From Octopus sinensis (taxonomy: Eukaryota), in the NCBI RefSeq assembly GCF_006345805.1, contig NC_042997.1, forward strand, positions 172,918,001 through 172,982,000: a DNA stretch of 64,000 bases, written 5' to 3'. This document shows, one piece after another, positions 13,275 to 24,100 of this stretch; the first letter of the stretch is position 1; every line of letters begins with the position of its first letter. The notes under the pieces were generated by a model. The model did no database searches, was not told the DNA's origin, and saw nothing but the letters and a program-made list of their open reading frames with translations. The translations under genes and the position numbers were made by a program.

Positions 13275-13506
13275 ATAAATATAGGGATAAACGAATTAGA
13301 CAGATCAATGTATAAAGTACCTGAAATCCAAAAAAATGTATATGTATAAAAATACATATAAAAAGGTCAAACTTACATAGAGTACAAATGACATTTGTAC
13401 TCTATATAAGTTGGACCTTTTTATATGTATACAAATATACATTTTTTTTTGTATTTCATGTACTTTATATGTTGATCTGTCTAATTCATTTATCCCTACA
13501 TTTATA
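13275..13506. other. Long near-perfect palindrome / fold-back
   Basis: Arms of about 115 nt centred on base 13391 (gtacaaatg-a-catttgtac). The inner 39 bp have 2 mismatches. Confidence 0.93.
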
Positions 13507-15416
13507 TATTTAAATATGAACGTTGATGAAAGCGTGAATGAATGCCAGAATGTGATAAGATCTAGATGAGACAACTCTGAGACCTTGCTTCAATTCCCAG
13601 ATGTAGCTATTTCGCTTCACTTCAACACATTTAGATCCTTATAATTTGGGGGAAAGAGGTGAACATCACATCATGTCTTCTTTTCCCCCCACAGGGGAAA
13701 AATATTTAACTCTTTAACAGACATCTGTGACAGAATGGGTGGAAGGATTTAAATACTACAAATATACAAATTATTTATAAGGCATAAATATACTCTACTC
13801 ACCCCACACCTATCCCACAGTGTAAAAGCATTTAAAAGACACACACACTGGAAATGACTGAGTGTTGTAATGTCTCTAAGGATCATTGTAGGTGTCCATG
13901 AAAGAAGAGCCACTGCTCATAGCTCAAGCTCATCCCCCTCCTCCTCCTCTTTTCTACCATAACCAACACCATACACACATATATGCAGTGTATAGTATAG
14001 TATACACACATACACACACAGAGGCACCAAAGGCTAGCTTTAAAGAAAAAAAAGAAGCAAACTGAAAACAACAAAAGAAACAAAGGGCAGAATAATAATT
14101 AAAAAAAAAATTTTTTTTATATAAAATAAAAAAATAAAATATTCAAAAAAATATTTGTTAGTAGATTAAGGTAAAAAAAAAAAGGGTGAATTAGTAACTT
14201 GTAGCAACTAGTACATGGGGAGGAATAAGTTTGAAGAACTGAAAGTAGTTCAAAGAAAGCTTGATGGCAAAAAAAATGCTGTGACATTAGCAAAAAAGGT
14301 AAAAGACATCCCAGTCAACATCTGTAGATAGTAGAATGGAAGAAGAGTGGCTCATGCAGATAGCTGTATAAAGTAACACCCACTCACGTAAACAAAACAT
14401 CTGTAAGGGTCACACCCAGTCACGTAAATATCTGTAAGAGTAATTACCCAGTTATGTAAACAACTGGAAAAGCAACAGCACTCATGTAAACATTAGTATA
14501 TCTAGCTAGGTAGCAACTGTTTCAAAGTATTATATAAACATTTCTAACAAACTGTAGCATCGTAGGGACTGTAACAGACAGCTTCACAGGGCACCAGCTG
14601 TGACAGTTAAATAAACAGCCACACATGGCAGTATATGATATGTAAATGTAACCGGCCACATTTCACAATGTATCGTTGCTGTAATGTAATAAGCTACACA
14701 GAAGGATGTAAACTAACAGCAAGCAATAGAATAACTTCGACTGTAACAGACATTAACAGCTATTTTAACAATCATAACTGATAATGTGTGTTGCTTGCAA
14801 CAGTTACATGTAACATTAGCCTGCTACTGTAACAACAATATGTGGCCGTGGATATTACAGTATAAGCAATAGATGACAGTAGGTGTGTGTGACTTAGCAA
14901 CACTATGGAAACAGCAGCTAGTTGACAGCTACTTAGCTGTAATAGTCACACACCTGGATCAACATTTACAAGAATTGGTAGGACACAAATGTAACAGCCA
15001 AGCTACATATAACATCAACTAGAACAAGATACACTGTAACTGCTCCACTTGCACACAGAAAACTAGTAGAGTAACATATACACAAACATCTATGAGAACA
15101 TTTATAAGTTACTTTGCTAATCACATTTGTTACAGTCATATGAAACTATATTTGGAATAGCAACGACAGTAACACACATTAATTAAGACAAAGGAATACA
15201 CACTGATGTATACAGATTCTCTCTCACATACACACACACATTACAGAATTATTAACATAAGGTAGCATTTGGAACTATAACAATGACACAAACACAATGT
15301 CTTGAAGAGTAACAGACGTGTAACATCAGCACTCGAAACAACCTTACAATGGATATGACAACACTTAGAACAGGAATAGCCACAGATGACAACACTCAAA
15401 CAGTAACAGTCTTATG

Positions 15417-15524
15417 TTACGTGACAACATCCAAAACAGCAAGAGCCACAGGTAACAAGGATGAAAACAGTGAACAGCCACATGTAACAGCATCTAAAAA
15501 CTGTAACGAGCATTCAGTGTCTAC
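15417..15524 (-). CDS. PBX: Candidate PBX terminal coding exon (VDTECSLQFLDAVTCGCSLFSSLLPVALAVLDVVT*)
   Basis: Strong acceptor cttcttactctttgatcctttgtag|GTA GAC ACT after a 166-nt intron. Phase 0 fits exon 7. Starts VDT like PBX1 exon 8, with no similarity beyond those three residues. Confidence 0.4.
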   Translation of the reverse strand, partial: VDTECSLQFLDAVTCGCSLFSSLLPVALAVLDVVT

Positions 15525-15690
15525 CTACAAAGGATCAAAGAGTAAGAAGTGAAGTTTATCATGAACTTTTCTCATTAAAATAAACAAATTAGATAAACAA
15601 CGAGATAAATAAAGAGTAAATGTGATAAGGCAATGAGGGAAAAATAATAATAAAAAAAAGTGGTTAGAAAATGTGAATTGAAGGACTCAC

Positions 15691-15824
15691 CTGAGACTGG
15701 ACATTAGCCCCAACCGATGTCTCATTGCCCTGGTAACTATCACCGTTTAAATTCATATAGATGCTCTGTTGTTGACCTCCTAGTTGTGCTTGCGAAGATG
15801 CCACCATATTATAACCTGAAACCC
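15691..15824 (-). CDS. PBX: PBX exon 7 equivalent, 134 nt, phase 1 to 0 (not in the supplied ORF track)
   Basis: Translates (G)VSGYNMVASSQAQLGGQQQSIYMNLNGDSYQGNETSVGANVQSQ. LNGDSYQG and VGANVQSQ match PBX1 exon 7. Acceptor ttttttttcag|GG, donor CAG|gtgagt. Phase fits exon 6. Confidence 0.93.
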
Positions 15825-18046
15825 CTGAAAAAAAAGTAAGACGACTCAGTTCTTTTTATAAGAGAGTGGGGAGGTGATGACGCGAAACCAGTTACTGGTG
15901 GAGTGTCACAGAATGATGTGAGTCTGGGAGGTCGAAAGGTATGAAACAAGATAAATGGTAAAACAATTTTCTGACAGTTATGTTTAGAAGATGCTTTATG
16001 GAGACAAACTGCATGTTCACACTAAGCAATTCTTACACCTCACAAACTAACGAGGAAGCCTCTATGTAGTTGCTGGGTCAACAAGAACCAGTAGCCAAAT
16101 TTCCTGCAAATCTCACTGTTGGAGATATTGGGTTGTAGTACATTCATGTATATGTGCACATTATTCCAAATTTTTAACTCAGAAATCAAAAGTATGCATT
16201 ATACACAAGAACTAAAAAGTTACCCAGTTTTTTGTTGTTTTTTTTTTATTAGAGGAGCTAATTTTATAATAGTGTACTGCACAGATGGGCTGCATCAGGG
16301 TGCAAGATCAATCTGTAAACTAACTGTTTTATTTGTTCACAGTGCTGAGTCAAGATCAAATACTTTGATAAGTGTGAGGGGTTGAGAGGAAAACAAAAAC
16401 AAAAAAAAAAAGGCATTCAAATTCAAGCCAGGTGTATAGGAGAGATTGTATTTTCAAATGCTTAATACCAAAAAACCAGAATTCCAACATGTCAACACTT
16501 CCTAGCTCCAGCAATGGGAGGGAGGGAAGGAGAGAGAGAGAGAGTGCAGGTGAATGTGTGTGTGTGTGAGTGAGAGAGAGAGAGTGCAGGTGAGTGTGTG
16601 AGAGAGAGATCTTTATATGTTCAGAGGATATTATAACTAGTGAAAACAAAATAGGATCTCCTCAATACTTATTTGTTCTTTCAGTAAATGCACTAACAAT
16701 AACCCAAGTGTAGTACTGAGAGTTTCTTAAAGTTGAAGCGAAGAGTATCTATCTGATACTAGGACCGCAGAGCAAATGAGAAAGTAAATGTTTTAGAATG
16801 TAGGAAAAAATAAACCTTTGAATTCACGTAAAGATTCCTCACACACAACAATAACTATTTCACAAACACACATTGGATTCTTCAGATACTGACAAATTCT
16901 TATGCTTTCAAGCAAACATTAGTTCCACATTCTTTTAAAGCATAGATGGATGAGAAGACATTTTTTGCCTTTCTCTATGACCCAGGTGGCATACGCAAAA
17001 CACTTCCAATATGCTTTAAACAATTCCAGCATTATATTTAGCTACATTGTTCACAAGGATACACACAATTTCAACATACTAATCATAAAGCAGGAAAGTT
17101 TTGATGTATATATAAAAAAGATCTTATGTCCAACCCAAAATATTTATAACACACCACAAGGCCTTAAAAAAAAAAAGAGAAGCATTATCTATGAGTCAGG
17201 ATGTCAGCAGTATGGGAAAACATAGTAATCTAAGCCATATCAGTGTATGGTGTATGTGTGTATAAGACTACCAATAAGGCACCTGTGACTTTCCTGTATG
17301 ATTTTCTATGTTTAGCATTGTCATATGAAAGCTGGAGACAATTTATTGGCCTTCTTCTATTTAGATATGGTCAAGATCAAATTGTACTCCCTTTCAACAA
17401 AAGATGGTCTAATTTAGATTTGGGAGAACTTGATAGACAAAATATTGTGCTGATTCATAAAACAATATGGAAATCGGCAGGTAAATCTGTCTATCTGATT
17501 TGAAACGAACCAAGAACTTTATCAGTTTTATCAATTTTTACAAATATTTGTTTTCATTGGCTCAAATTCCATAAAACACACACACACACCACAAAATAAA
17601 ACAAAAAAGAAAAAGTTGGGAAATTCAATCTTTTCAAGAACTTAAACTCTTTCAGGTAATTTTGGTTGCTGTATTTCTTTAAAGTACACAAAAGAAAAAA
17701 CTAAAATTTTTGAAATAGTCTATCTGTGATTGTAAGAATACAATCAAAATTTGAAATAAAATAAAAAATTTAGTTTAGTAAAAAATCGACACAGTAAAGA
17801 CAGCATACATTTCCAGCAAGATTTCTCATTCTTATAAAGAAGCAAATAGCCAATAAAAATTGGATATAAAGTGTGAACTGTTATCCACATTGATCCTTAT
17901 TGTCAGTCTAGCTGTCTTGAGACCCTGTATGGATAGGGACTACATTGTAATTGAACTAGTTAAGATCAGCAATAAGATTTTCCTGAAATACTCACACATC
18001 ATGCAAAACATGGAGGCATACATTGCATTACATATCCTTGGTGTCA

Positions 18047-18250
18047 ACAACCAAGATATAGTTCAAAAGACTTTGACTATAGAACTGAACCTATATACAC
18101 AACCTATATATATATGCATGTATATAGGTACCTGTGCGTATGTACATAAAAATATATGTGCATTTATATGTAAGTGTGTAGGTTGTGTAAACTGTACCCT
18201 AACCTGATCTCAGTCCTATAATCAAAGTCCTTTGAACTATAACTTGGTTG

Positions 18251-18251
<1 letters not shown>
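18047..18251. other. Inverted repeat: 42-bp outer stem and 11-bp inner stem
   Basis: 18047-18088 versus the reverse complement of 18210-18251 is 38/42 identical. 18096-18106 pairs perfectly with 18179-18189. Confidence 0.92.
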
Positions 18252-18304
<53 letters not shown>

Positions 18305-19497
18305 TGTATGGTAGGCTTCTTTTTGTTTCCATCTTCCAGATCCACTCATAAGGCTTTGGTTGGCCTGGGACTATAGAAGACACTTACCCAAGGTGCCACA
18401 TAGTGGGATTGAACCCAAAACCATGTGGTTGGGAAGCAAACCTCTTAACACACAGCCACACTTGCACCTATATAACATGCCAATATCATGCACTCACACA
18501 TACCAAGTGTATAGATATCTAAATGCAAAATGCATATAATTATATTATAAATATATACACATATTCTTACACACACACACACACACACAAATATGTATAT
18601 ATACATCTACATATATATGTACACACACACACAAATATGTATATATACATCTACATATATATGTACACACACACACAAATATGTATATATACATCTACAT
18701 ATATATGTATACACACATGCACACATATTTATATATTACTTATTCGTCAATATTCAATATTCCTCCTTTATTTTCCCTTTCATACAGAGCACATAACACA
18801 CACACACACACACACACTGAAGAAGCATGGCTTGATGCAAAACATGAGCCTTGCCCAAACCTTTTTAGCTCTGGCAACAAAAGCTATGCCATATATTAAG
18901 ACATTTCCTACATACAAGAATTGATTTTCGACTTATACTTTTCAATATATTAAGCAAAACTGTAGATACACACAAGCACATATACGCAAACTATAAGCAC
19001 CGCATCTCCTACTCTTGATTACTTTCCCTACTTCTTTCTCCTTCCTCTCCCACTGGCTTTTACATTTATTTATCCATGTTTCTGTATACCTCCAGCTTTG
19101 CATCTCTTCCGCAAGCTAAATAATGAGGTTGAGCTCATCTTGGCCAAATAAATAGCTTTCATGGATACTGTGTAGACAAGGCCAAATTGAACTGAAATAG
19201 CACTAACAACAGTCAATATAACATCACATGGAAAGAATGTCGTGAGCAAGGTGCATGGTGAACTCTTTAGTTTCAAAACCCCCAAAAGTGCACTTGGAAG
19301 GAGGGAGGAAGGAAGGAAAGCATGGACATCTCGGTCTCATGTTTAACGATCGCACTTAGTAAAAACAGAAAAATGCAACAACCCCTTTAATATTGATGTC
19401 TGTATATTGCAAGTGTGTGTGTGTGTGAACACTATATACAATATTTATGTTGCAATACTCTGCATGCACATATGAATGTGGGCGTGCATATTTTTTT

Positions 19498-19812
19498 GGA
19501 TCTTTTCCGTTTGAACGGCAGTTGTTAAAAATAATTTCCACGTAACAAAACACTTTTAAACTTTGTATACTGGTAGAATGTGTTTATAAAACGTCCTTTT
19601 CTCTTGGCTTTATTGAGAAAATTCTATTGTTTGTAAGATATTTGTTGTTTTTTTTCTTCAATTTCTGCAATTTCAACCAATCAATGACCGTCTATTGAGG
19701 TGAAAACATTCTGTGTCGTATGAATATGTTCCTCGTTTAAAAAACAGATTGGGTTTATTTACATTTCTGAAGAAAAAAAAAGAAAAAACTGCCGTTCAAA
19801 CCGAAAAGATCC
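19498..19812. mobile_element. MITE with 26-bp TIRs inserted in poly-T, superfamily unresolved
   Basis: ggatcttttccgtttgaacggcagtt ... aactgccgttcaaaccgaaaagatcc (1 mismatch). Confidence 0.8.
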
Positions 19813-20574
19813 TTTTTTTTTTTTTTTTTTTATTCCTTGCATGTTTCAGTCACTAGATACGGCCATGTGGAGCATCACTTTGGGGAATGTTTAGTTGAAT
19901 GAATTAGCCCCAGTATTTTTTTTTTTAATCTTGGTACTTATTCTACCATTTTCTTTTTCTGAACTGCTAAGTTGTCAAGCAGTGATGGGGGACAAACAAA
20001 GACACACACACACATCTTTAAGGTAATTCAGTTAATAAAACCAGTTTACGTACTTCTTTCGCTTTCTCTTTTTTATAATTACCATTTTACTTGTAACTAC
20101 ACCTTTCTGTTTTAAAACCCATAAAAAATTAATTTTGTGTGGTTTTGGGGGTGCTAGAATGGATTCATTATATTTTAGTTAACTTCAATGGGGAAATATT
20201 TTCATGAAAAAAAAAAATATATGGCATTTGGGAAAATAGTTTGGTCATAGGCTAGAGCATGCTGGGATAAAGAAAGAACACTTGTCAGGGAACTAGCTGG
20301 AATGGTTGTGTATATCAATAATTTAAATGGTGCTAAATGATGGAATTGTGTTTTATCTGTGGGTTTCTATGAGTTTTTCTTCAACTGACAAAAATACCAC
20401 ATGTCACCACAACTTCATGTGATCTCTAGAGAGTTTCACTGTCCAGATACTAAACTAAACATTCCACTGGATCATTCCTGCTTAAAGTTGCAGTTCTGTA
20501 GAGCTTACACCCTACTGAAGTTATTTTTCTTTAATATCTGGTAAGTCTTGATCAAGAAGGCCTATGATCTCAGA

Positions 20575-20650
20575 CAGGGGTCCCCAACCATTGGGCCACA
20601 GGCCAGTACTAAACCATGGTTCATTTGGTACCAGGCCACATAGAAAGAAT
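20575..20650. mobile_element. Probable hAT-like terminal fragment
   Basis: Begins caggggtccccaacc, a typical hAT/Charlie terminus. No partner end was seen. Confidence 0.4.
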
Positions 20651-21839
20651 AAATCTTTGAGGCACAAGCATTTACACACATATGTACACATGATAACTTC
20701 TGCCTACCAAATTCAATCACAGGTCTTCAGTCAGCCCAAGGCTATAGCAGAAAACACTTGCCCAAGGTACCATGCAGTGAGACTGAACCCAAAACCCAAG
20801 CTTCCTAACCACACAGCCACACTCTAACCTTTCATCATCTGATACAGGATCATTCCCTCCAATGACCCCACTGTTATAGCAAAACAACTGTTTCTGCCTC
20901 CCTGTCTCTTTATCACCCTTTAACCTTTCATCCTCTGACACGAGTTCCCCTCCTCAAATGCCCCTGCCCCTATCATAATTCCTTGTCTTGCAAAGTTACA
21001 GTACTGGCACTACATAAAAAGCATCCAGTGTACACTGTAAAGCGGTTGGCATTTGGAAGGGCATCTGGTTGTAAAAGTCATGCCAAAACTAACCTCGCCT
21101 GTGCTAGTGCCATGTAAAAAGCACTGAGTCCACTCTACAGAGTGGTTGGTGTTAAGAAGGGCATCCAGCTGTAAAAACTGTGCCAAAACAGACACAGTAG
21201 CATAGGGTAGATTGTCTACCTGGCAATTCCTGTGAACTGTCCTACCCATGCATGCATGGAAGATGGATGTTAAACAATGATGATATTTTTCTATTTTATT
21301 GAGTATCACAGTCTGCAAGGTGTTTTTGCATTATGTATGTATTGTATATGTAGCAATTAAATTATACATTATGCATTGTCTTGCATGAAACTGGTCTGTG
21401 GTGTAAAAGACATTTGAAACCACTGATCTATGGTATTCCAGCAGAGACCACCCTATTTTCCTGCCAGACATAGTGTAGCAAGTATTACATTGTCCAATGT
21501 CTTTTCTTTTATAAAGTTTCCCATCTATTTCTTGCAGGGCAGATATAAAGGCTTCCTCGCTGACTCACTGCTAGTCAAGAGTGAGCCAGAAACACCAGTA
21601 GACAAAAAAATATTTTCATCAATTTTTGTTGGATCTACAAAAGCTCAACCGGAACCTCAGCTACACAAATCCAACTTTGTATGTAACCTGAATAGGACAT
21701 TTCACATATGTATTTGATTAGCAAGATTCTTGATATGAACTTGTGTGTTGAGACAGATTTTGGTGTATCTTAAGAGGGTCACAATATCAATTATAAACAC
21801 ATGCTTTGGTTCTATTTCACTTCATTTCTTTTATTAATG

Positions 21840-22045
21840 TTTGCACGCTGGGCGAAATCTTTAGCAGTATTTTGTTTGTCTTTACGTTCTGAGTTCAACC
21901 TCTGCTGAGGTCGACTTTGCCTTTCATCCCTTTGGGGTTGATAAATTAAGTACCAGTTGTGCACTGGGGTCGATCTAATCGACTGGCCCCCTCCCCCTAA
22001 ATTTCGGGCCTTGTGCCTAGAGTAGAAAAGAATATTATTATTATT
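21840..22045 (+). mobile_element. SINE family 3 copy in the rare plus orientation
   Basis: Reverse complement of the other family 3 copies, with little apparent divergence. Confidence 0.9.
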
Positions 22046-23719
22046 AGTCAACTGGTTAACCATTCAACCAATTCAATAATTGATTGGGTGGTTAATGAGT
22101 CACTCAGCTAGGTTTGCCGAAGTCCTTTTGTCACCATTTCTGCCCTCATCAATGACATGCCCTCTCTCTCTACTCTAGGTTTGCTTCAGGAGTGAAATAG
22201 AACCAGTATATGTTTCCTACTGGTATAATGAATAGGATATATTTACTCCTATTTTAATTGAGACACCAAATAACGATAAAACAAAAAATAAGGCGATTAC
22301 TTTATATAGGAAGCCATGGGGTTACATTGTAAGAACCAACAACTTTCGTAATAATATTTTGCAGATGAGAGAAATATCTTCTATTCTTTAAATAGGATGA
22401 AGATTTGTGAGGCTTGTAAAATTAAATGTCATGAAGGGAATATGAACTTATAGCCCAAGAGCCAATTGTCTATCCACCTAGCCATTTCGCTTCATTATTT
22501 AAAAAAAAAAAATTTACATTCATTGGCAACAACAGTGGCATCATTATCCATAATATTAATAATGATAACAATAATAACAACAACAATAGCAAAACACTAA
22601 TGACAATGACAAAATTGAGTAAGCTTCATTCCATTTGGTTCATTAAAATTCATTTCACTTAAATGAACATCCTTAGAGATCAACTTTAGAGACAGATATT
22701 TTTCAAAAATGAAAATTCCCCACCATTAAAATGCATTAAAATGAAATATAAAGTAATTTTTTAAAAATATATACAATTAAATATATTTTTTAAAAAATCA
22801 AAAACCTAACAAACATTAAATATATTTAACCAAAAAATAATCAACTAGCATTAAAAAAAAAATTAAAAACAACAACTACCAAGCAACAATATTATTTTAG
22901 AATAGAATGACTCACCATTTTTTAATATTAGATTACTGATATTCTTCACACAAGATAACAATGAGATGTGCATTATATACTATACTAGCAGTCGTACTGA
23001 AGAATTTAGATAATTTCTTGATAAACTAAGAAAAGATGTTATAATCAAGATGCTTCTTCATATACTATTGCAGCCTGGAAATCATTATCTCTTGATGTTT
23101 GACGACATTATGAAGCCTTGCTCTCTCTTTCTTTCCCACCACCTTCCTTTCAACTAGTTACATAATTTATCTTGCAAGAATTCAGTTAGCTTGTCAACAT
23201 TTCGACACTTCACAAATATGTTATTTAATCTAGCAGTATATTGCAGAATTGGTAGCTAGTCATTATATTGATGACATCTAACGAAATACTTTTATTACTG
23301 TTTACTGCTATAATTGCTTGCTTTATAGCTGACTAACAAAGATGTGGTCAACACCAATGCCATTCTCTGTCAAATAGGAATACGACAGCAGAGCAAAACA
23401 GCGCAAAACCTGCACCGAGCACAAATTAACTGACTGTGGCTGTTTAACCCAAGGCTGGACAGGTCTGCCATCAATCAGAAGAAAGAATGGTATGAAACAT
23501 ACAAAAACAAAGGTTTATGTTAGCAGCCATCTAGTTTAACCCTTTAGCATTTAAATGGGCCAGATCTGGACCAAGAATTCTACCTGTTTTATGTTCAAGC
23601 TGGTCAGATCTGGCCTCTCACACATGCCCTACAATTCTTTTTAAAATAGACAATCACTCATAAAAATCTCAAAGCTATGAAATAATACATGATTAATTCA
23701 AAACAATATAAATGAATAA

Positions 23720-24100
23720 GTGCCAAGGACTCCAAAGTGCCAAGGACTGCATAGTGCCAAGGTCTCCAAATTTGCCATCAAGATAGAGAACAAGATACTG
23801 CAATAGCCTGGGTTTCAGAGGTCCACAGTTCTTCAATACCCTCCCGAATGACCTGAGAGACCTGCATGGGGTGGATGCAGATGTCTTCAAAATAAAGCTG
23901 GACCTCTTCCTGTCAGGTGTCCCTGATGAACCAACTTCACAGCAGGAGGTGCAGATGAGGGCAGCTGCATCAAACTCTCTCATGCACCAAATGTCAATTG
24001 CTAAAAAGCATTTGTGAAGTAAAATCATGTAGCAACACCGAATAGCATTGCCCCAGCATGGCCACAGCTCGTGAGCTGAAACTAGATGAAATGAAAAAAA
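23720..24100 (+). mobile_element. 5'-truncated CR1/L2-like LINE 3' end (different family) inserted in a TTAA MITE
   Basis: Translates RYCNSLGFRGPQFFNTLPNDLRDLHGVDADVFKIKLDLFLSGVPDEPT...RAAASNSL..., with stop at 24015-24017, then a short UTR and A-rich tail. Confidence 0.8.

Noticed and set aside
15349-15552. 67-aa Thr-rich plus-strand ORF
   Set aside because: A by-product of the GTAACA-rich block, antisense to PBX and short.
16343-16352. Perfect TGCTGAGTCA (ARE/MARE) motif
   Set aside because: An isolated 10-mer with no supporting context.
17860-18207. 115-aa plus-strand ORF
   Set aside because: Starts at TTG, has no recognisable domain, and runs through the inverted repeat and a TA-rich tract.
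12155-18470. Inverted family 1 SINE heads flanking exon 7 (12.2 kb plus, 18.4 kb minus)
   Set aside because: The 12.2-kb copy is too diverged by eye for stable pairing to be claimed.
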